A stretch of DNA of 64,000 nt from NCBI RefSeq assembly GCF_056746865.1, contig NZ_CM163382.1; one strand, given 5' to 3'. Both the position numbers and the translations under genes were made by a program. Of this stretch, positions 62,468-64,000 are shown one piece after another. The notes below the pieces were generated by a model, which saw only the letters and a list, made by a program, of their open reading frames with translations, was not told the origin of the DNA and did no database searches. Position 1 is the first letter of the stretch. Each line of letters begins with the position of its first letter.

Positions 62468-64000
62468 ATAGTCGCTGGTGGCTTGCCGCTGATGTCATAC
62501 ACCACGCGGGAAATACCGTTCACTTCATTGATAATGCGGTTGGAAACGCGACCGAGGAAGTCATACGGCAGGTGCGCCCAGTGTGCGGTCATAAAGTCGA
62601 TGGTTTCGACAGCACGCAGAGAAACAACCCAGTCATACTTACGACCATCGCCCATTACACCAACGGAACGTACCGGCAGGAAGACGGTGAACGCCTGGCT
62701 GACTTTGTCGTACAGGTCCGCTTTACGCAGTTCTTCAATAAAGATGGCGTCAGCACGGCGCAGCAGGTCGCAGTACTCTTTCTTCACTTCGCCCAGTACA
62801 CGAACGCCGAGGCCTGGTCCCGGGAACGGGTGACGGTACAGCATGTCGTACGGCAGGCCCAGCTCCAGACCAATCTTACGCACTTCGTCTTTGAACAGCT
62901 CTTTCAGCGGTTCAACCAGCCCCATCTTCATCTCTTTCGGCAGGCCGCCCACGTTGTGGTGAGATTTGATGACGTGTGCTTTACCGGTTGCAGATGCGGC
63001 AGATTCAATAACGTCAGGGTAGATAGTGCCCTGCGCCAGCCACTTCACGTCTTCCAGTTTCAGTGCTTCTTCATCGAATACTTCAACGAAAACGCGCCCG
63101 ATGATTTTACGTTTTGCTTCCGGATCGTTTTCGCCGGCCAACGCTGACAGGAAGCGAGCTTCTGCCGGAACGTGAACAATGTTCAGACCAAAGTGATCGC
63201 CAAACATATCCAGAACCTGCTCTGCTTCGTTGAGACGCAGCAGGCCGTTGTCGACGAATACGCAAGTCAGGTTTTTACCGATAGCGCGGTGCAGCAGCAT
63301 TGCGGTTACGGAGGAATCCACACCACCAGAGAGGCCGAGGATGACTTTATCGTCGCCTACCTGCTCGCGGATGCGAGCTACGGCGTCGTCGATAATTTTC
63401 GCTGGCGTCCACAGGGCTTCACACTGGCAGATATCACGCACAAAACGCTCCAGCATGCGCATACCCTGGCGGGTGTGAGTCACTTCCGGGTGGAACTGTA
63501 CGCCATAGAAGCGTTTTTCTTCGTTAGCCATAATGGCAAACGGGCAGCTTTCGGTGCTGGCTACGGTGACGAAGTCGGACGGGATAGCGGTAACTTTATC
63601 GCCGTGGCTCATCCAGACATCGAGCAGCGGTTTACCGTCTGCGGTCAGCGCATCTTCGATACCGCGAACCAGTGCGCTGTCGTTTACGACTTCAACCTGC
63701 GCGTAGCCAAATTCACGTTCGTTAGAGGCTTCAACGTGACCGCCCAACTGCATTGCCATGGTCTGCATGCCATAGCAAACGCCGAATACCGGTACGCCTG
63801 CTTCAAAGACATACTGCGGCGCGCGCGGGCTGTTTTCTTCGGTGGTGCTTTCCGGGCCGCCGGAAAGAATAATGCCGCTTGGGTTGAAGTCACGAATTTG
63901 TGCTTCTGTCACATCCCACGCCCACAGTTCGCAGTAAACACCCAGTTCACGCACGCGGCGCGCAACCAGTTGAGTGTACTGAGAACCGAAGTCCAGAATG
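62455..64000 (-). CDS. guaA: GMP synthase (glutamine-hydrolysing), 3' portion; N-terminus lies beyond the window
   Basis: C-terminal ATP-pyrophosphatase domain (SGGVDSSV P-loop) and part of the glutamine amidotransferase domain; reading frame runs off the right window edge. Confidence 0.9.
   Translation of the reverse strand, partial: ILDFGSQYTQLVARRVRELGVYCELWAWDVTEAQIRDFNPSGIILSGGPESTTEENSPRAPQYVFEAGVPVFGVCYGMQTMAMQLGGHVEASNEREFGYAQVEVVNDSALVRGIEDALTADGKPLLDVWMSHGDKVTAIPSDFVTVASTESCPFAIMANEEKRFYGVQFHPEVTHTRQGMRMLERFVRDICQCEALWTPAKIIDDAVARIREQVGDDKVILGLSGGVDSSVTAMLLHRAIGKNLTCVFVDNGLLRLNEAEQVLDMFGDHFGLNIVHVPAEARFLSALAGENDPEAKRKIIGRVFVEVFDEEALKLEDVKWLAQGTIYPDVIESAASATGKAHVIKSHHNVGGLPKEMKMGLVEPLKELFKDEVRKIGLELGLPYDMLYRHPFPGPGLGVRVLGEVKKEYCDLLRRADAIFIEELRKADLYDKVSQAFTVFLPVRSVGVMGDGRKYDWVVSLRAVETIDFMTAHWAHLPYDFLGRVSNRIINEVNGISRVVYDISGKPPATIEWE

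Overview
The window is an Escherichia coli-type chromosomal segment. Positions 1-21,000 carry the conserved hyfG(partial)-hyfH-hyfI-hyfJ-hyfR-focB / perM / bepA-yfgD / hda-uraA-upp / purM-purN / ppk-ppx / pdeF(yfgF) / yfgG-yfgH-yfgI block, and the right edge carries the 3' part of guaA. Between yfgI and guaA, where I recall the K-12 intergenic region being short, there is an accessory insertion: an IS2 copy (21074-22404, with a TGCGC 5-bp target duplication) inserted at the end of an IS200-like element (about 22405-23112), followed by a prophage of about 39.3 kb (23131-62467) bounded by a 17-bp direct repeat that includes the guaA stop codon. The prophage has a podovirus-like late region (T7/epsilon15-like portal, scaffold, capsid, tubular-tail and large internal virion proteins, a tail fiber with a C-terminal chaperone domain, and a holin / GH19 endolysin / Rz-Rz1 lysis cassette) and a lambdoid-style early region (cI-like and cro-like regulators, O-like and P-like replication proteins, RecE-like exonuclease and RecT, an MT-A70 methyltransferase, and a tyrosine integrase next to attR). 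It also carries a tRNA-Arg(UCU) on the opposite strand. No CRISPR array, rRNA, or recognisable complete defence system (restriction-modification, toxin-antitoxin, retron, CBASS-like) was found. The most unusual signal is a 15-bp inverted repeat, TTACC-N5-GGTAA, present at least 11 times in prophage intergenic regions: in the cI/cro region, and also upstream of the head genes, the tail fiber gene, the replication region and the integrase. This suggests one DNA-binding protein controls many prophage transcription units. Other candidates are a small-membrane-protein moron cluster between the tail fiber and virion genes, a frameshifted gene at a T6 tract, a GC-rich leader upstream of the tRNA, and a block of unassigned early genes including two PD-(D/E)xK-like proteins. 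All functional calls rest on motif recognition and recalled family knowledge, with no database search run.
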